From: the human T2T-CHM13v2.0 reference genome, Homo sapiens
DNA: 64,000 nucleotides
Assembly (NCBI RefSeq): GCF_009914755.1
Contig: NC_060926.1
Direction: 5' to 3' (one strand)
The stretch's first letter is position 1. Each line of letters opens with the position of its first letter. The notes beneath the pieces were generated by a model. It saw only the letters and a program-made list of their open reading frames with translations, was not told the origin of the DNA and did not search any database. The position numbers and the translations under genes were made by a program. This document shows positions 1-19,696 of the stretch, piece after piece.

Positions 1-590
1 TAAATATTTTAGGCTTTCGGAGCCTGAAGTTCTCTGTCACAAGTACTCAATTCTACCATTGTAACCAAAGCAGCCATAGATAATATGTAAGTGAATGGAT
101 GTGGCTGTGTTTCAGTAAGACTTTATTAGACTCTGAGATTTGAATGTCATATAATTTCCATGGGTCATGAAATATTTTTCTTCTTTTGCTTTTTTCTCAA
201 CCGTTTGAAAATGTAGGGCCGGGTGCAGTGCTTGCACCTGTAATCCCAACACTTTGGGATGCCAAGGCAGTAGGACAACTGGAGGCCAGGAGTTTGAGAC
301 CAGCCTGGGCAACATAGCAAGACCCTGTTTCAACAAAAAAAAATTTTTTTTGAAATTAGCAGAATGTAGTGGCCATGCCAGCCACATGCCTGCCATCCCA
401 GCTCCTAGGATGAGGAGAAAGGATCCTTGAGCTCAGGAGTTCAAGCCTGCAGTGAGCTTGATGGTGCCACTGGACTCAATGCCTAGGTGACAGAGTGAGG
501 CCCAGTATCTCAAAAAAAAAAAAAAAAGAAAAACCATTCTGAGATATAGGCCATACAGAAACAGGCCGGAATTTGCCTTACCCTGATTTA
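1..590. mobile_element. MER58-type hAT DNA transposon remnant interrupted by an Alu
   Basis: Motifs aaagcagccatagataatatgtaa and ggatgtggctgtgtt; resumes after the Alu at aaaccattct. Confidence 0.65.
217..530 (+). mobile_element. Alu (old, J-like)
   Basis: ggccgggtgcagtg head, dimeric structure, A tail. Confidence 0.9.
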
Positions 591-1801
591 CAATGTCTAC
601 GGCACCTTCATTTCCGTTCTGTCATCTTGTGAGATAGATACTATCATTTCCATGTTCTAGCGGAGGAAACTAAGGCCCAGGGAAGGAAGGGACTGGGCTG
701 TGGGAAAGGGGAACCAGGAGGGAGAAGAGGGTAAAGGAAGGAGGAGCAGTGGGAGGATTTCTAGAGCCAAACTTGTCTCCTTTGAGGTGCTGGGGAGGGT
801 GGATTTTAACAGCTCTGCCCTCACATTGGGTTTGAGGTGGCCAGGGAGACGGGTGAGTGAGTAAATGACTTGCATTCATTATGTCTTTGGTTTCTGGCCA
901 CCTTTGGGGCTAGGGGAATAAAAGCTTCATTCCTGAGTCAGTGAGAGCTTCAATGAAGCCCAGATGTCATTCGTGCTGAAAGAACCAGAACAACTCTCTG
1001 CTCCCTGCCAAGCATGAAGCGGTTGTGACCCCAGGAAACCACAGTGACTTTGACTCTGGTTCAGCTGACATGCTCGAGTCTAGCCACAAATTACCAGAAA
1101 GCAGCTGAGGAAAGTTTAGAATTTCTCCTGGCAGAGATGGTCCACGAGTCTGGCTCCAGGGTGAACCCCTTCTTCCTAGAGCAGCACGGGGCCCTTTGGA
1201 GGCTCAACTCCGCCAGCCCTCCCACTGCCTTCCCCCTGCCTTCCCCACCCTCACTTCGGTTGAGTTTTGCCTTCAAAATAGCAGACTCCAAGCCACCTGA
1301 AGGGCTGCAGAACAGCGTTGTTGACAGCTTCAAGTCGCCTTGTGGCTTCTCTGAGCTGCTGCTGTGCTTTGGAAACGAAATTCCAGGCTCTCCCTCTTTC
1401 TGTGTGTGGGAAACACCGGAGAGAGTTTGGGGAGGGAGACAAAAGGGCCCATTGAAAACCCAGACAGGCTTGAACTGTAAGTCACACCGGAGAGAGGGTT
1501 GCTGAGGGGACCCTAGAGGGAGGCAGTCCCGGAGCACAGCTTTGCTTCTTTGGCTACTTCCTCGCTTTGGAGGTTGCTTTCTTCTCAAGGTGGACCACCT
1601 GCTAGAACAGGGCAGCACTGCTGTTCACTGGCCAGCTTGGAGAGAAGACTGCCCATGTGATTCTAAGTCAGGCCCTTGTGACTGAACCACCATGAGGCTG
1701 GACTGTGGGGACTCGGGTATCCCAGAGGCAGAGCACACCAGGTCTGGGAGGGGGGCCACTCAGACGGCAACATTGTCATTCAATATCTATTGAACACCTA
1801 C

Positions 1802-2157
1802 TGTCTTAATCCATGTTTGTTGCTACCACAGAATATGTGAGACTGGGTTATTTATAAACAATGGAAATGTATTTCTCAAAGTTCTGGAGGCTGGGACATC
1901 CAAGATCAAGGCACCAGCAGATTCAGTGTCTGTCTGGTGAGAGCCCAGAGTCTGCTTCCAAGGTGGCACCTTGTTGCTGCACCGTTACATGGCAGAAGGG
2001 CAAGAGAGAGTGAGAAGGGACCAAATTCGCCCTTTTATAAAAAAACCCATTCTTGAGAAGGACATTAGTCCATTCAAGAGGGCAGAACCCTGCTCTTAAA
2101 ATTGGTAACTAAATTTCAACATGAGTTTTGAGGGGGACAAACATTCAAACCATAGCA
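1802..2157 (-). mobile_element. MaLR solo LTR (MLT1A/MSTD-like)
   Basis: tgtctt...ggggacaaacattcaaaccatagca termini and gttctggaggctggga motif. Confidence 0.75.
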
Positions 2158-2316
2158 CCGCCTGTGTGTTAAACACCCACTTAGGTGCTGGGGCTGTAAA
2201 AAGTAAATCTAGGCGTGGCCCTGGCACAGGAGGGACTCCATTTCATAGAGAGAAAAGAACACAGACCCTTTTGTTTTAGGGTGCTTGCTGCCAACAGCTC
2301 TGGAGAGACAGGCTGA

Positions 2317-2845
<529 letters not shown>

Positions 2846-3212
2846 GCACCTTTTCTATTGTATTAAATATTTCAGTTTCTCCATTGTATGGAGGCTTCCA
2901 GCAATTAGTTTACAAGCCAACTTATTTACTATTCAGTAACTTTTTTTGATATTGAGATTGTTCCTAATTTTGATCATTTTAAACAAAGGTGTGAAAACAG
3001 GCCAAATCTTTTCATTCACTCATGACTATTTCACAAAGATAGATTCGTAGAATAAGTATTTTCAAATTCCCTTTCAGAAAAGTAGTACAATTTAACACTC
3101 ACAAGCAGTGAATGTGAAGCCAATTCTCCATACCTTTGCCAGCAAGGGTGGCCCCAAGAACCACACACAGTACCCCAGCTAAGGGCAAAGGTAGCTTTTA
3201 TCCTGGCCATAG

Positions 3213-3602
<390 letters not shown>

Positions 3603-3615
3603 ACAAGAACTTTCA

Positions 3616-4023
<408 letters not shown>

Positions 4024-5340
4024 TTATTCTTTCACCCAGTGTATTTAATATTACTCTCTCCCAGCTGTTTTATCTGAAAACTTTATCAACCTGTGCTTTA
4101 TATTTTCATTCAATTCATTTATAAAAATGTCACATGAGAAAGGGTCAAGAGTAGAGCCCTGGGACATATTGCTGCCTCCTCATTGACATTGACTGAGGCA
4201 GCCGCAAATATACCAAATTGTATTATTGCTTAGTACATGGCTTTATCAAGAGGGATATCCTATTCTGGACCTTGTGGGCTGGTTTAGAGAGTGAGGACTC
4301 ATCACTGGGGCTATGGGAGACATAAGGATCAGCAGAGACAGAGGCAAAGCTGGATTTAAGAAGTCACAGCAGGCCTCTCCCCTAGTATGAGCCTTGCTTT
4401 GAACATATCTGGGAAGGGCTTCCTTTTAGTCTTGAAAATGTTTACAAGCCTCTGCTCAGCATCTACCTAGCCTTCAGACCTCGCGTTCTCAGGCCTGTGG
4501 TGCTGTCTCCTCTCTGCTTCAGTATGGTCTTCTCTGTCCAGCTTCTGCATGAGGCCATCTGGGGCCAAGGGTCACAGGTTTTAGAAGTTCCCCTCTCCCC
4601 GCTCCATGCCATAGGCACCTGCAATCGCACATCCTGGATAAAACTTCAGCCGGCTTTCTCTTTATGTGCCTGGCGCCTCTCTTTTCTCTGGGTTTTTGGA
4701 AGTCTGCCTACCCAGCCCCTCAGCTGGGGCCTTCCCCACTTCTGCCCCGCCCCACTGGGTCCTCCCAGGGTAGGAGGCAATCTCTGACTGTCTTCCGAGG
4801 CTCTGTTGCTTCTCCTTCATCACCAAATGCCAGGAATTTGTCAGATGCTGTTTGTAACTCAAAAGAAAGAAAGAAAAAGAAAAAGATACAGGAAGGAAGG
4901 AAGGCAGAAAAAGAGAAAGAAAGAATGCGTGCAGCAGATGTTGGGAAAGTTAATTTCTTCATTATTTTGCATCCATCCCAGTTCGGATCTCAGCATGGGG
5001 TAGGGAATCCTCTGTTGTCCCCATCTGTCGAGGCAACAGTGAGTCCCATCATGGAGTCCCTTCTTTTCCTCTCTCCTCCCAGAGTGCCCCTTCCTCATCA
5101 AGGTGCTTCTACCCTTAGGAGTGTACATTTCACCTATAACCACTGCCTATTTTTTCCTAGTGATATGTTATGCTATTGATTTTTAATTATATAAACTATA
5201 TGCAAATGCATCCTCCTTGTAAAAAAATTAAAATATTATAGATATAACCCAGCACTTCTTCTCCCAGTTCCTTTCCACACTCCCAGAGGTAATCATGATA
5301 ATCAGTTTGCTAGGTGTCCTTCCAGAACTTTTAGCTTCTT

Positions 5341-5592
5341 TCTTTGGCTTGTATATGGCCACCTTCTCACTGCATCCTCCCGTGGCCTACCCTCTGCATG
5401 CATCTGGATCCTAATTCCCTCTTCTTATAAAGACACCCATTGTACTGGAGTAGTCATACTGGATGACAGCCATATTGCATTAATCTCATTTTAACTTAAT
5501 TACCTCTTTAAAGACCCTATCTCCAAATACAGTCACCTTCTGTGTACTGGGGGTTAGGACTTCAACATGAATTTTTGGGGGGACACAATTCA
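5341..5592 (-). mobile_element. MaLR LTR fragment (MLT1B/C-like)
   Basis: aaagaccctatctccaaatacagtcac...ttaggacttcaacatgaatttttgggggg motif. Confidence 0.7.
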
Positions 5593-5744
5593 CATTTCAG
5601 GGCAGAGGGAGGAGGCTCAACTGCCAGTGAGTGGGAGGCCAAGCCCATGCCTGTCCCTCCTGGAAGTGTGCCCTGATTGCAGGTAGGGTCAGGCCCCAAA
5701 GCCAAGAAACTGTCTCCAAACTGATTGGACAAGTAGCTGACTAG

Positions 5745-5960
<216 letters not shown>

Positions 5961-6025
5961 TGAGCCACTAGGAGTAAGCGCTGCACTGTGGAGACCCTGC
6001 TGAGCTGGGGGTTAGGGGAAGGAAA

Positions 6026-6077
6026 TGTGTGTGTGTGTGTGTGTGTGTGTCTGTGCATGCACATGCGTGTGTGCACG
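6026..6077. repeat. (TG)n microsatellite with alternating purine-pyrimidine extension
   Basis: Directly visible. Confidence 0.9.
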
Positions 6078-6461
6078 CCAGGTGTAGGGAGTTCTTTTCT
6101 GATTAACTGATAGAGCAGGACCCTTTAAATAGAAATATCCAGGGCCAAAACCAACATACATCAGGCACACAATGACACTACTATGTCTGGCTTACATTTG
6201 GGGGGTTGCCAGGTTTGGAAAAATTAATTTATATGGGATTGAACAAGCCTCTTGCCTTTAAGAAATTTACACTTTGTGAAGAAATACACATAACTAACCA
6301 GAGATCATGGGCTGTAATAGAGGTAAAATATTTCACAGGAAGGGAAAAGTATCACAGAAAAAGTAATATCTGAGAATAAGAAGGATTTCAGCAGGTGGAG
6401 AGAATAGCAAAGATTTGGAGATCTAAGCAGGCACAGGGGACTTGAGGAGGATGCATACAAG

Positions 6462-6463
<2 letters not shown>

Positions 6464-6494
<31 letters not shown>

Positions 6495-6526
6495 TGTGTG
6501 TGTGTGTGTGTGTGTGTCTGTGTGTA
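6464..6526. repeat. Interrupted (TG)n microsatellite
   Basis: Directly visible, two TC interruptions. Confidence 0.95.
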
Positions 6527-6535
6527 GTAGGATGA

Positions 6536-6976
<441 letters not shown>

Positions 6977-8114
6977 TAATGATCACCCATCGTCATGACC
7001 CTCGTATTCATAGGCCACTGTGCTCTGTCAACTCTCCCTGTAAAATGCTTCTCACTTCTGTCTTTCCTTTCTTTTCAGCCCCACGACCATTTCTCCAACC
7101 TAGGCTGCCAACATCTCTCCCTGGACTATTGCAATGGCTTCCTGGCTGATTTCTTGGTCTCTTGCCCTCATTCACCGAATTAATTCTCTACACTGCTGCA
7201 AAACTGATCTTTCTAAACACAGATCAGCTCATGTCACTCACCTCCTCAGAAATCTTCAGTAGCTCTTCATTAACCAACAGGGGGTTCCTAACTCCCCGTC
7301 TTGGCATTGGAGGACCTTTCCCTGCCTGATCCCCGCGATCATCTTTTCCTGAAATATTTACTCAGGCCAGTGCTCACCCCTTCTTTAAAATGCTGGTGCT
7401 GGCTCAAGAGAGGCAAACAGCCATCTCTCTCATTCTTATCTTCCCTGTCAAGACTTCACATAGGTGGACTGATGCTAGACTATGATGATGAGTCTCCAGT
7501 GAAAGTTTCTAAGTAGAACTCTCTCAGGGTTTCTAGAAGCATTTTTGTTTAAGAAAATATTGTGGGGAGAGCGGGATTTTTAAATGGTGGAGCTCATGGT
7601 AAACAAAATTATGTGTGCAAAATGTTAATAGAGCCTTTCTAATATTCTTGTGATTAACTCTGGTGACAGTTGGCTGAGTGTTCTTGTTTCTGCAACGCCT
7701 GTCTTTGGAAATGTGATAGGGGGCTTATTGAGCAGACTGCAACTGGAAATGAGGAATGTTGACTTGAAGTCTGTAATTCACTTATACTTTTCTCTAAATC
7801 CTAGACTGAGTCACTCAATGTGAGATAAGTACTGCACATAAAATGCAATGGATTTCACGTTATACAGTGGAGTGGGTAAGAGCAGAGACATTAGAGGCAA
7901 TGGCAGGAAATCCAGGTGCAAATCCCACCCTATAAGTCTTAGTTTTCCCATTTGTAAAGTGAAGATAAAAAACACTTTGTGCATTAGGTTGCTTTGGAGA
8001 TTGAATTAGCTAAATGCTTAGTATAATCCCAAGGCATGGAACATACTTATGTGCTCAATAAGTGACACATATGATTCATATATATGTAACAGTATCTAAT
8101 TTAAAAACATAATA

Positions 8115-9105
<991 letters not shown>

Positions 9106-9188
9106 TATATATTTTTTTAAAAAATGTATATATGTATAAATATAAAATCATTTCATTATATAATCATTTCATTATATATCTATAAATC

Positions 9189-9190
<2 letters not shown>

Positions 9191-9246
<56 letters not shown>
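9191..9246. repeat. Compound (TG)n(TA)n microsatellite
   Basis: Directly visible. Confidence 0.95.
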
Positions 9247-9269
9247 ATCTTGTGTGCCTTAAAAGAAAA

Positions 9270-10580
9270 ACCAAATTGGGTAAAAGTGTCAAATGTCCTC
9301 AAATTAATTTATAGGCTCATTGCATTCCAATAAAAATTATGTGACATAATTCTAAAGTATGTTTGCAGAAATAAATAAGCAACAATTATGAGAACAAAAT
9401 GAATTTTTTTAATTATGAAGGAAGACATAATGTAATAAAATACAATATAAATTATAAAGTTAAAACAATTTGATACCAGCAAAAAGGTAAAGAGGAAATA
9501 TATAATAAATGAAACTTCCAGCATCAGAAAGGAGGAAAGGACTAGTCAATAAATTATTTCTGGGACAACTGATTAGTTATTTTTGGAGCTAGAGAATCTT
9601 GGTTTATAGCCCTAAGCTCATACCATTTCACCAAACACATGTCAATTAAATATAAAAGTTAAATGTAAACATTTAAATTACCAAAAATATAATACAGTTA
9701 ATGTGAGCATTTAATCAAATTTCTGGTAAGAGTGGTCATAGAGAAAAAGAATGACAAATTTGACTTCTTAAAAAATCGTAACTTTTAATATCTCAAAAAT
9801 AACCAAATTTAAAAGCCAAATAACAAATTGCAAAACAAAAGGGCAATGAGGGATTAATATGAACAGTTAATGCAAATTGACAATTAAAAATATGAAGTGT
9901 CCCCCAGACAAATAAAAAACAGTTAATTAGCTGAACAGAAATTATGAAAAGTTGCAAATGTGAAAAAATTTAAACTCATTTGAAACAAAAAAATTGAAGT
10001 AAAATAACTAGGTATGATTTTTACCTATCAAATTATTTCATATTTTAAGAGTGAGAGCACTGAATTCAGTTAAGAATGGGGTAAAACAGCCACTTTTTTA
10101 TTCTGAAGTAAAGATTGGTTTAGCCTATTTGTTAATAACAGAAATCAGAAAGTCTTCCAATTGCTATGTTCTTTAGCCCAGTCATTCCACTTTTAGAATC
10201 TTCTTCTTTGGAAAACATCCTGAATACAAAAAATAAATTGCAATATGCACAAAGATAACTATCATAGGATTATTTATAACCAAAAATCAAAGACACCATG
10301 AATAGTAATGTGATTAAATATATGATAGTATATGATAAAATGTTATATAAGCATTTTCAAAAGTTTAAGTTTATCAAAAATAAATATTTATTATGAAAAG
10401 TAAAATAATTTGTTATAAAAACAAATTTGAACATAGTATAATAATATAATAAATAAAAGAATATGAAATAAATAATGATAGTAATAAATTTAAAAATACA
10501 TAAAGACAAAGGTTAGGAAAAAGAAAAAAGCCAAAATGTTAACTGTTTGTTGTTAGGTGATGGACATAGGGGAGATTTTT
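9270..10580 (+). mobile_element. Ancient degenerate L1 (L1M-type) 3' region
   Basis: A-rich; motifs gacaaatttgact and ttagcccagtcattccacttttagaatc; boundaries approximate. Confidence 0.6.
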
Positions 10581-10600
10581 ATTCCATTAAAAAAAATTTT

Positions 10601-11220
<620 letters not shown>

Positions 11221-11929
11221 TTAAAAATATTTTTCTAACTTTAAAAATTATCAACATCTTTAACTTTTAAGGTATAAAAACTCCAAAAAATAAACCAAAA
11301 TCAAGTGCAGATGCTTGAGCCCAACACCCAAGGATTCTGGTTCAGTGGGTCAGATGATCCCAGGTGACTCTGAGACAGGGCCTTGAGGAAGCACATTTTA
11401 AGTAGCATGGGGTCCCCTCCTTAAGACCAGTTGCTGTCCTTCAGGCTCCTGTGCAATGCTCACGGTCCAGGGCCTCTGCCTGTGCCATTCCCTCTGCCTC
11501 GGATGCCTTTTGCAGCAGCCTCTGGAGACCTTCTTTTGCCCTCAAGGCCCATTTAAATCCCTCAGATAATGAATTACTCCTACCTCTTCTTTCACTTAAA
11601 ATGTGGCTTGTGTTTTTCTTTTTGTTTGTTTTGGTCTTTTTTAAACGTCTCTCTCCCCTCTGGACTTTGCAACTGAGAATAGGGTGCCATGTCTGATTCA
11701 TATCTGCCCTCATCACACTTACCACCGTCTTAGCACAAACCTGGCGGTCCATAAATACATGGGTCCAATGGCATCAAATGACCCTGTGCCTCACCTCTGA
11801 GGAAACCAAAGCCCCATGTCCCTGCTACACTTTGCCCAATCCCTCTGAAAGACTCCTTTTTGGTCGTACTTGATCACTGAAGAAGGAACTGGACACAGGA
11901 AGAAATTAACTTCCTCTAAAACAGTGGTT

Positions 11930-12138
11930 CTTTTTTATTTTTGAGACAGGGTTTTGCTCTGTTGCCCAGGCTGGAGTGCAGTGCCATGATCACAGCTCAC
12001 TGCAGCCTTGACCTCCTGGGCTCAAGCGATCCTCCTGCCCCAGCCTCCTGAGTAGCTGAGATTACAGGCAGGCGCTACCATGCCTGGCTAATTTTTTATC
12101 TTTTTGTAGAGACCGGCCCACAGTGTGTTGCCCAGGCT
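11930..12138 (-). mobile_element. 5'-truncated Alu inserted at the end of a MER20
   Basis: Flanked by cagtggttctt / cggtggttctt direct repeats. Confidence 0.85.
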
Positions 12139-12141
12139 AAG

Positions 12142-12332
12142 CGGTGGTTCTTAACCAGGATGATTTTGCTTCCCAAAGGACATTTGGCAATGTCTGCAGA
12201 CATTTTTTATTGTCACAACTGGAAAACTGCTGCTAGCATCCAGTGGGTGGAGACCAGGGATACTGGTCGGCCCTCCACAACAAAGAATTATCCAACCTAA
12301 AATGTCATAGAGCTGCGATTGAGAAACCCTGC
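12142..12332. mobile_element. MER20 hAT DNA transposon
   Basis: ggacatttggcaatgtctgcagacatttt...ccacaacaaagaattatcc...gagaaaccctg. Confidence 0.8.
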
Positions 12333-12387
12333 TTTAAAGCACCAGCCTGGCCAATAATAGCCAGTGAAAATTGAGCCCAAGTGCCTC

Positions 12388-12893
12388 TGTCAGATTCTCA
12401 GCAGGAGATAGTGTACACTCAGCTGCGGTTTTGAAATTGTTTGACAGTGTATACTCAGCTGGGGTTTTACAACTGGTTAAATGAATGTCCTACAGAAATG
12501 TGCATAGGGTTAAGGCAACTACAAAGGGATGTCGAGGCACCCAAGAGCCAGCAACAGAGGGAGCTCTCACACCCCTAAACATGAAGGGGTCAGGTGACGA
12601 GGGCAGTGTCATTGGAGCTTAGTGAGAGCTTGAGCTCTGAAAGAGGGGCTGCCCAACAGGAACTGTGCTCATGGAGGGCCACGCCATTGTCAGGAAATAG
12701 ACCCTGACTTCTTTTGCCCTCCTACTTTCCAGCCTCTTGCAGGAATCTTCTATCAGCCAAATATAGCCAGAAGCCAGAAAGCAATGAACACTTGAGTGAT
12801 ACAATGTGCCTTGCATCACTCAGTGCACAAAGGCAGGGGAGAGACTGTAGGAGAGTGAAGAGGAGGGAAGGTCAAATGGAAATAATGAACACA
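12388..12893. mobile_element. Ancient ERVL-type LTR (LTR33-like) with an internal 25-bp direct repeat (12410-12434 / 12446-12470)
   Basis: agggttaagg, agccagaagccaga and ggtcaaatggaa motifs; family call tentative. Confidence 0.5.
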
Positions 12894-13115
12894 TAGAAAA
12901 TACTGGTTCCAGGTCTGAGTCCTACCTGGGGCCCTGTTGAGAAGGAGTATACCCTTTAAATGTCAATCAGAAATTTCCAGGGCTGACCATTCTCCTCTCC
13001 AGATCCATCCCATCCTGTGTAACATGGTGCCACACTCTCCCAGCATGAGAATGTCAATGAGAATTTTCCAGCCATTGGGAGTCTGCCAGGCTCATATGGC
13101 TTTTGTCTCCACCAG

Positions 13116-13226
13116 ATCTGGCACCACTCCTTCTACAATGAGCTGCGTGTAGCACCTGAAGAGCACCCCACCCTGCTCACAGAGGCTCCCCTAAATCCCA
13201 AGGCCAACAGGGAGAAGATGACCCAG
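13116..13226 (+). CDS. ACTG2: ACTG2 exon 4 ([10 protein letters not shown]...NREKMTQ)
   Basis: accag acceptor, GTAAGA donor; 111 nt; actin sequence. Confidence 0.98.
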
Positions 13227-13404
13227 GTAAGAAGCCAGGAAGACTTGAACACTGGCATAAGAATGCAACATGGATGCTTGGCCAGATACTTTCTCCCCTT
13301 CAAACATCAGTGCAACAGAACTCTCTGAGGACCTGCTATGTCTGTGGTCCATGCCAGGCCCTGGGGGAGTGGGTGTGGAATAATGAACTATCAAACTGGC
13401 ATAG

Positions 13405-13587
<183 letters not shown>

Positions 13588-14359
13588 TAATCCTGTAATC
13601 CATTCCTTTTCTGACTTCAGGGGAGGTAGGGAAAAGCTGGGGTCTGGCAGAGGCTCCTGCTCAGAAGAATCAAATGGACAGCTGAAGTCCAGGCAAAATC
13701 TTTCTTAGGGATAATAGGTGAGAATGCCCATGTGGAATGCCAGATGTGAGCCTAGCTGGTATAGTTGGAAAAAACATCCAGCAAGAACTGTTTCCCTCAC
13801 AGTAATAATTCCAGGAGCTTCTACACATACACACATTCCAACAATACTGGAATGTTTCTGCTTCATGAAGCAGAAAGAGTAGAACCTGTGGTGGTGGAAA
13901 TGTAAGTGCAGTTACACATTGCTTAATGACAGGGATACGTTCCGAGAAATGTGTGTCATTAGGTGACTTTGTCACTGTGGGAACATCAGAGAGTGTACTT
14001 GCACAAACCTAGATGCTGTAGCCTACTACATGCCCCGGCTGTATGGCGTGGCCTATTGCTTCCAGGCTACAGACAGTATAGCATTTAACTATAATTAATA
14101 CTGTAGGGAACTGTAACAGAATGGTTAGGTATTTGTATAGCTAAACATATTGAAACATAGAAAAGTTACAGTGAAAATATAATATCAAAGATAAAAAATG
14201 GTACACCTGTGTAGGGCACTTACATGAATGGAGCTTGCAAGACTAGAAGTTGCTCTGGGTGGGTTAGTGAGTGAGTAGTGAGAAAATGTGAAGACCTAAA
14301 ATGTTACTGTGTACTACTGTAGACTATAAACACTGTACACATCGGCTGTACTACATTTA

Positions 14360-14692
<333 letters not shown>

Positions 14693-14791
14693 TCAATAAT
14701 AAATTAACCTTAGCTTACTGTAATGTTTTTTACCTTATAAACTTTTTAATTTTTAAAGCCATTTTTACTTTTTTTGTAGTGACAGTAATAG

Positions 14792-15316
<525 letters not shown>

Positions 15317-15666
15317 AAAATATTTTCATTTATATCCTTTATTCTACAAGCTTTTTTCTATTAAATTTATTTTATTTTATTTTTTACTTTTAGAGCTTTT
15401 TTGATAAAAACTAAAATATACACACATTAGCCTCGGCCTACACAGGTTCAGGATCATCAATACCATTGTATTTCATCTCCACATCTTGGCCCACTGGAAG
15501 GTCTTCAGGGTTAATAACATGCATGGAGCTGTCATCTCCTATGATAACAATACCTCCTTCTGGAATATCTCCGGAAGGACCTGCCTAAGGCTGTTTTACA
15601 GTCAACTTTTTATTTAATAAGTAGAAGGAGTACACTTTAAAATAATGATTAAAAACATAGTATAAG

Positions 15667-15960
<294 letters not shown>

Positions 15961-16523
15961 GACAGTATAAGAAATACATAAGCCAGTACTAGTACCATAG
16001 TCGTTTATTATCATTTTCAAGTATGTTGTACATAATGTATGTGCTGTACTTTTATACAGCTGGCAGCACAGTAGGTTTGTTTACACCAGCATCACCACAA
16101 ACACGTGAATAAAGCGTTGCCCTATGACGTGATGTCAGCTATGATGTCACTAGGCAATAAGAATTTTTCAGCTTCCTTATAATATTATGGCACCACCATT
16201 GTGTATGTGGTCCGAAGTTGACCAAAATGTCATTATGTGGACATGACTATATGTGGCCTTGGTATAGAAGTGTGCTCAGCGTAACAGAGGAAATCTCAAA
16301 ATAAAATGGTCTTTAATAGGAACTTGACAGCTTCCATAAACATTTGTTTAAACGTTCATTAATCATTTATTCACTGATTTATCCATTCATTCATCCATCA
16401 TATATTTTCCATTACTCCCTACAATGTGCCAAACATGGTACCAGGCCATGGGCACACACTGACAAATAAGACAGACTTTGTCATTATGGAGCTAACAGTT
16501 TAGTGGGAGATAGACAAAAGTAA

Positions 16524-16911
<388 letters not shown>

Positions 16912-17330
16912 TTGCACTTCGTTGCAAACATCATGTTTAATAGCCACGTGGTAGTCATTGTATGATGGTTTCATTATTTATTTATTTTACCATTTCTCTA
17001 TTGCTGGAGCTTTAGGTTGCCTCTCATTTTTATTATAAAATATGCCATGATTCAGGTCCTTACACAAGAGTAAGTTGCTGCTTTCTGGACATTTATTTTG
17101 CATCTGGCCCTTACTGAACCATCTAACTAGGTCTAATGGTTTCTTAATTGATTCTGTTGGGTCTTCTGTATAAAACCACATTATCTGCAAATAATGACAA
17201 TTTTGGTAGTCACACCTCCTATTTCTATTTTCTGTTTCACTGCAATTGGCTAGAACATCCTGGACAATATTAAAAAATAGTGGTGATATTGTAATGTTTT
17301 CTCATCCGTTATGATGTGGCTGTCAGATTA

Positions 17331-17647
<317 letters not shown>

Positions 17648-17928
17648 AATATGCAATGTAGACTTAATGCAAATTGACAAGTATGCATTACCAGTAATGT
17701 GTTTCAAGGAATACAAAAAAAGGACACATTTTACTTGCCCTCCAGAGGCCTACAGTCTCACTGGGGGGAAAAAAGTGACATACATAAAAAATAAAAAATA
17801 TGATTGATGATTCTTGTGATGGGTGAATATTCTTAACTGGTAAAGGAAAATATGGTAGTCAGAGCTCATTGGTAACAGTCCTAGAAAGAGACTGATGAAA
17901 GGCAAGAATGAGATTTTTATAAGCCTGA

Positions 17929-18123
<195 letters not shown>

Positions 18124-18737
18124 TGATTCTGACTGGAGCTCAGAACCAATCTGGTTTAGGACAAGAAGTTCTCAGGACCAATGAGAATTCTGTGACTCTG
18201 TGTCTTTAAACTCTCCTGAGCTAGACTGAGAGGCCTTAAGCTGGGGCTAGGCCTCTGGATAAGACCAGATAGTCATGGAAGCAGTCCCTCCTTCCCCAGA
18301 GACCAGCTGCCTCTGTCCACGTCCACACCAGGACTAGGGCTAGTTTCCACAGGCTGAATGGTAGTGAAGATCTGCTGATGCATTTCATTACCTAGGGGCA
18401 CCTTTGGTTTGAGGACAAATTGAATAAGTGAGGCCCGAATTTCTAAGGGGAAGGTGTCATGTGGCCCACCTGGGCAATCGGCATTTTTTAGGTGGGAGCC
18501 TCTCTAGGTTCTGTAAGATCAAACATCTGAGTCTAGACCAGAAATATGTCCTGCAAAGCCCCCAGGAAGGCCTAAGGCTTTGTCAGAAATCTCATGCAAA
18601 GTCCTGCATGGGAATCAAGACTTGAGACTCCCTCTTTAGAAAGAGGAGTAGAAGAATTAAGATTGAATGGAGTGACGCTTGACCCTCTTCGCGGCAAGTC
18701 TATCATCATCCTATGACTGAACCTAAAGTAGACGTGA

Positions 18738-19387
<650 letters not shown>

Positions 19388-19696
19388 TGAGGTATGGAGA
19401 GAGAAACACCAGGAGTCATGGCCACTTTGTTAATTACATACACGTACCTCACATTTTCCTAGGAAGGGCCAAAAATGTATTTTAAAAAAAATTAGGGAAA
19501 ATCTCATTTTAAATAAAAGGGAAAGGAAATCAAGATACAGGAAAAGCAGAACAGGAAATATAACATGAAACTTAAGAATGAGGTTAAAACACAGAAAGTT
19601 TGTAGGCAGCAATGTAGCAAGGTCAGGTTGTAGTTTAGCAAGATTCTTCTATCTACAGTGTGGAATCATATTGCATGGATAAAAGACCGGAGGCTT

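Noticed and set aside
1044-1618. Overlapping 153-aa (+) and 175-aa (-) ORFs in ACTG2 intron 1
   Set aside because: Non-ATG starts, no recognisable protein features; cannot be supported without conservation data.
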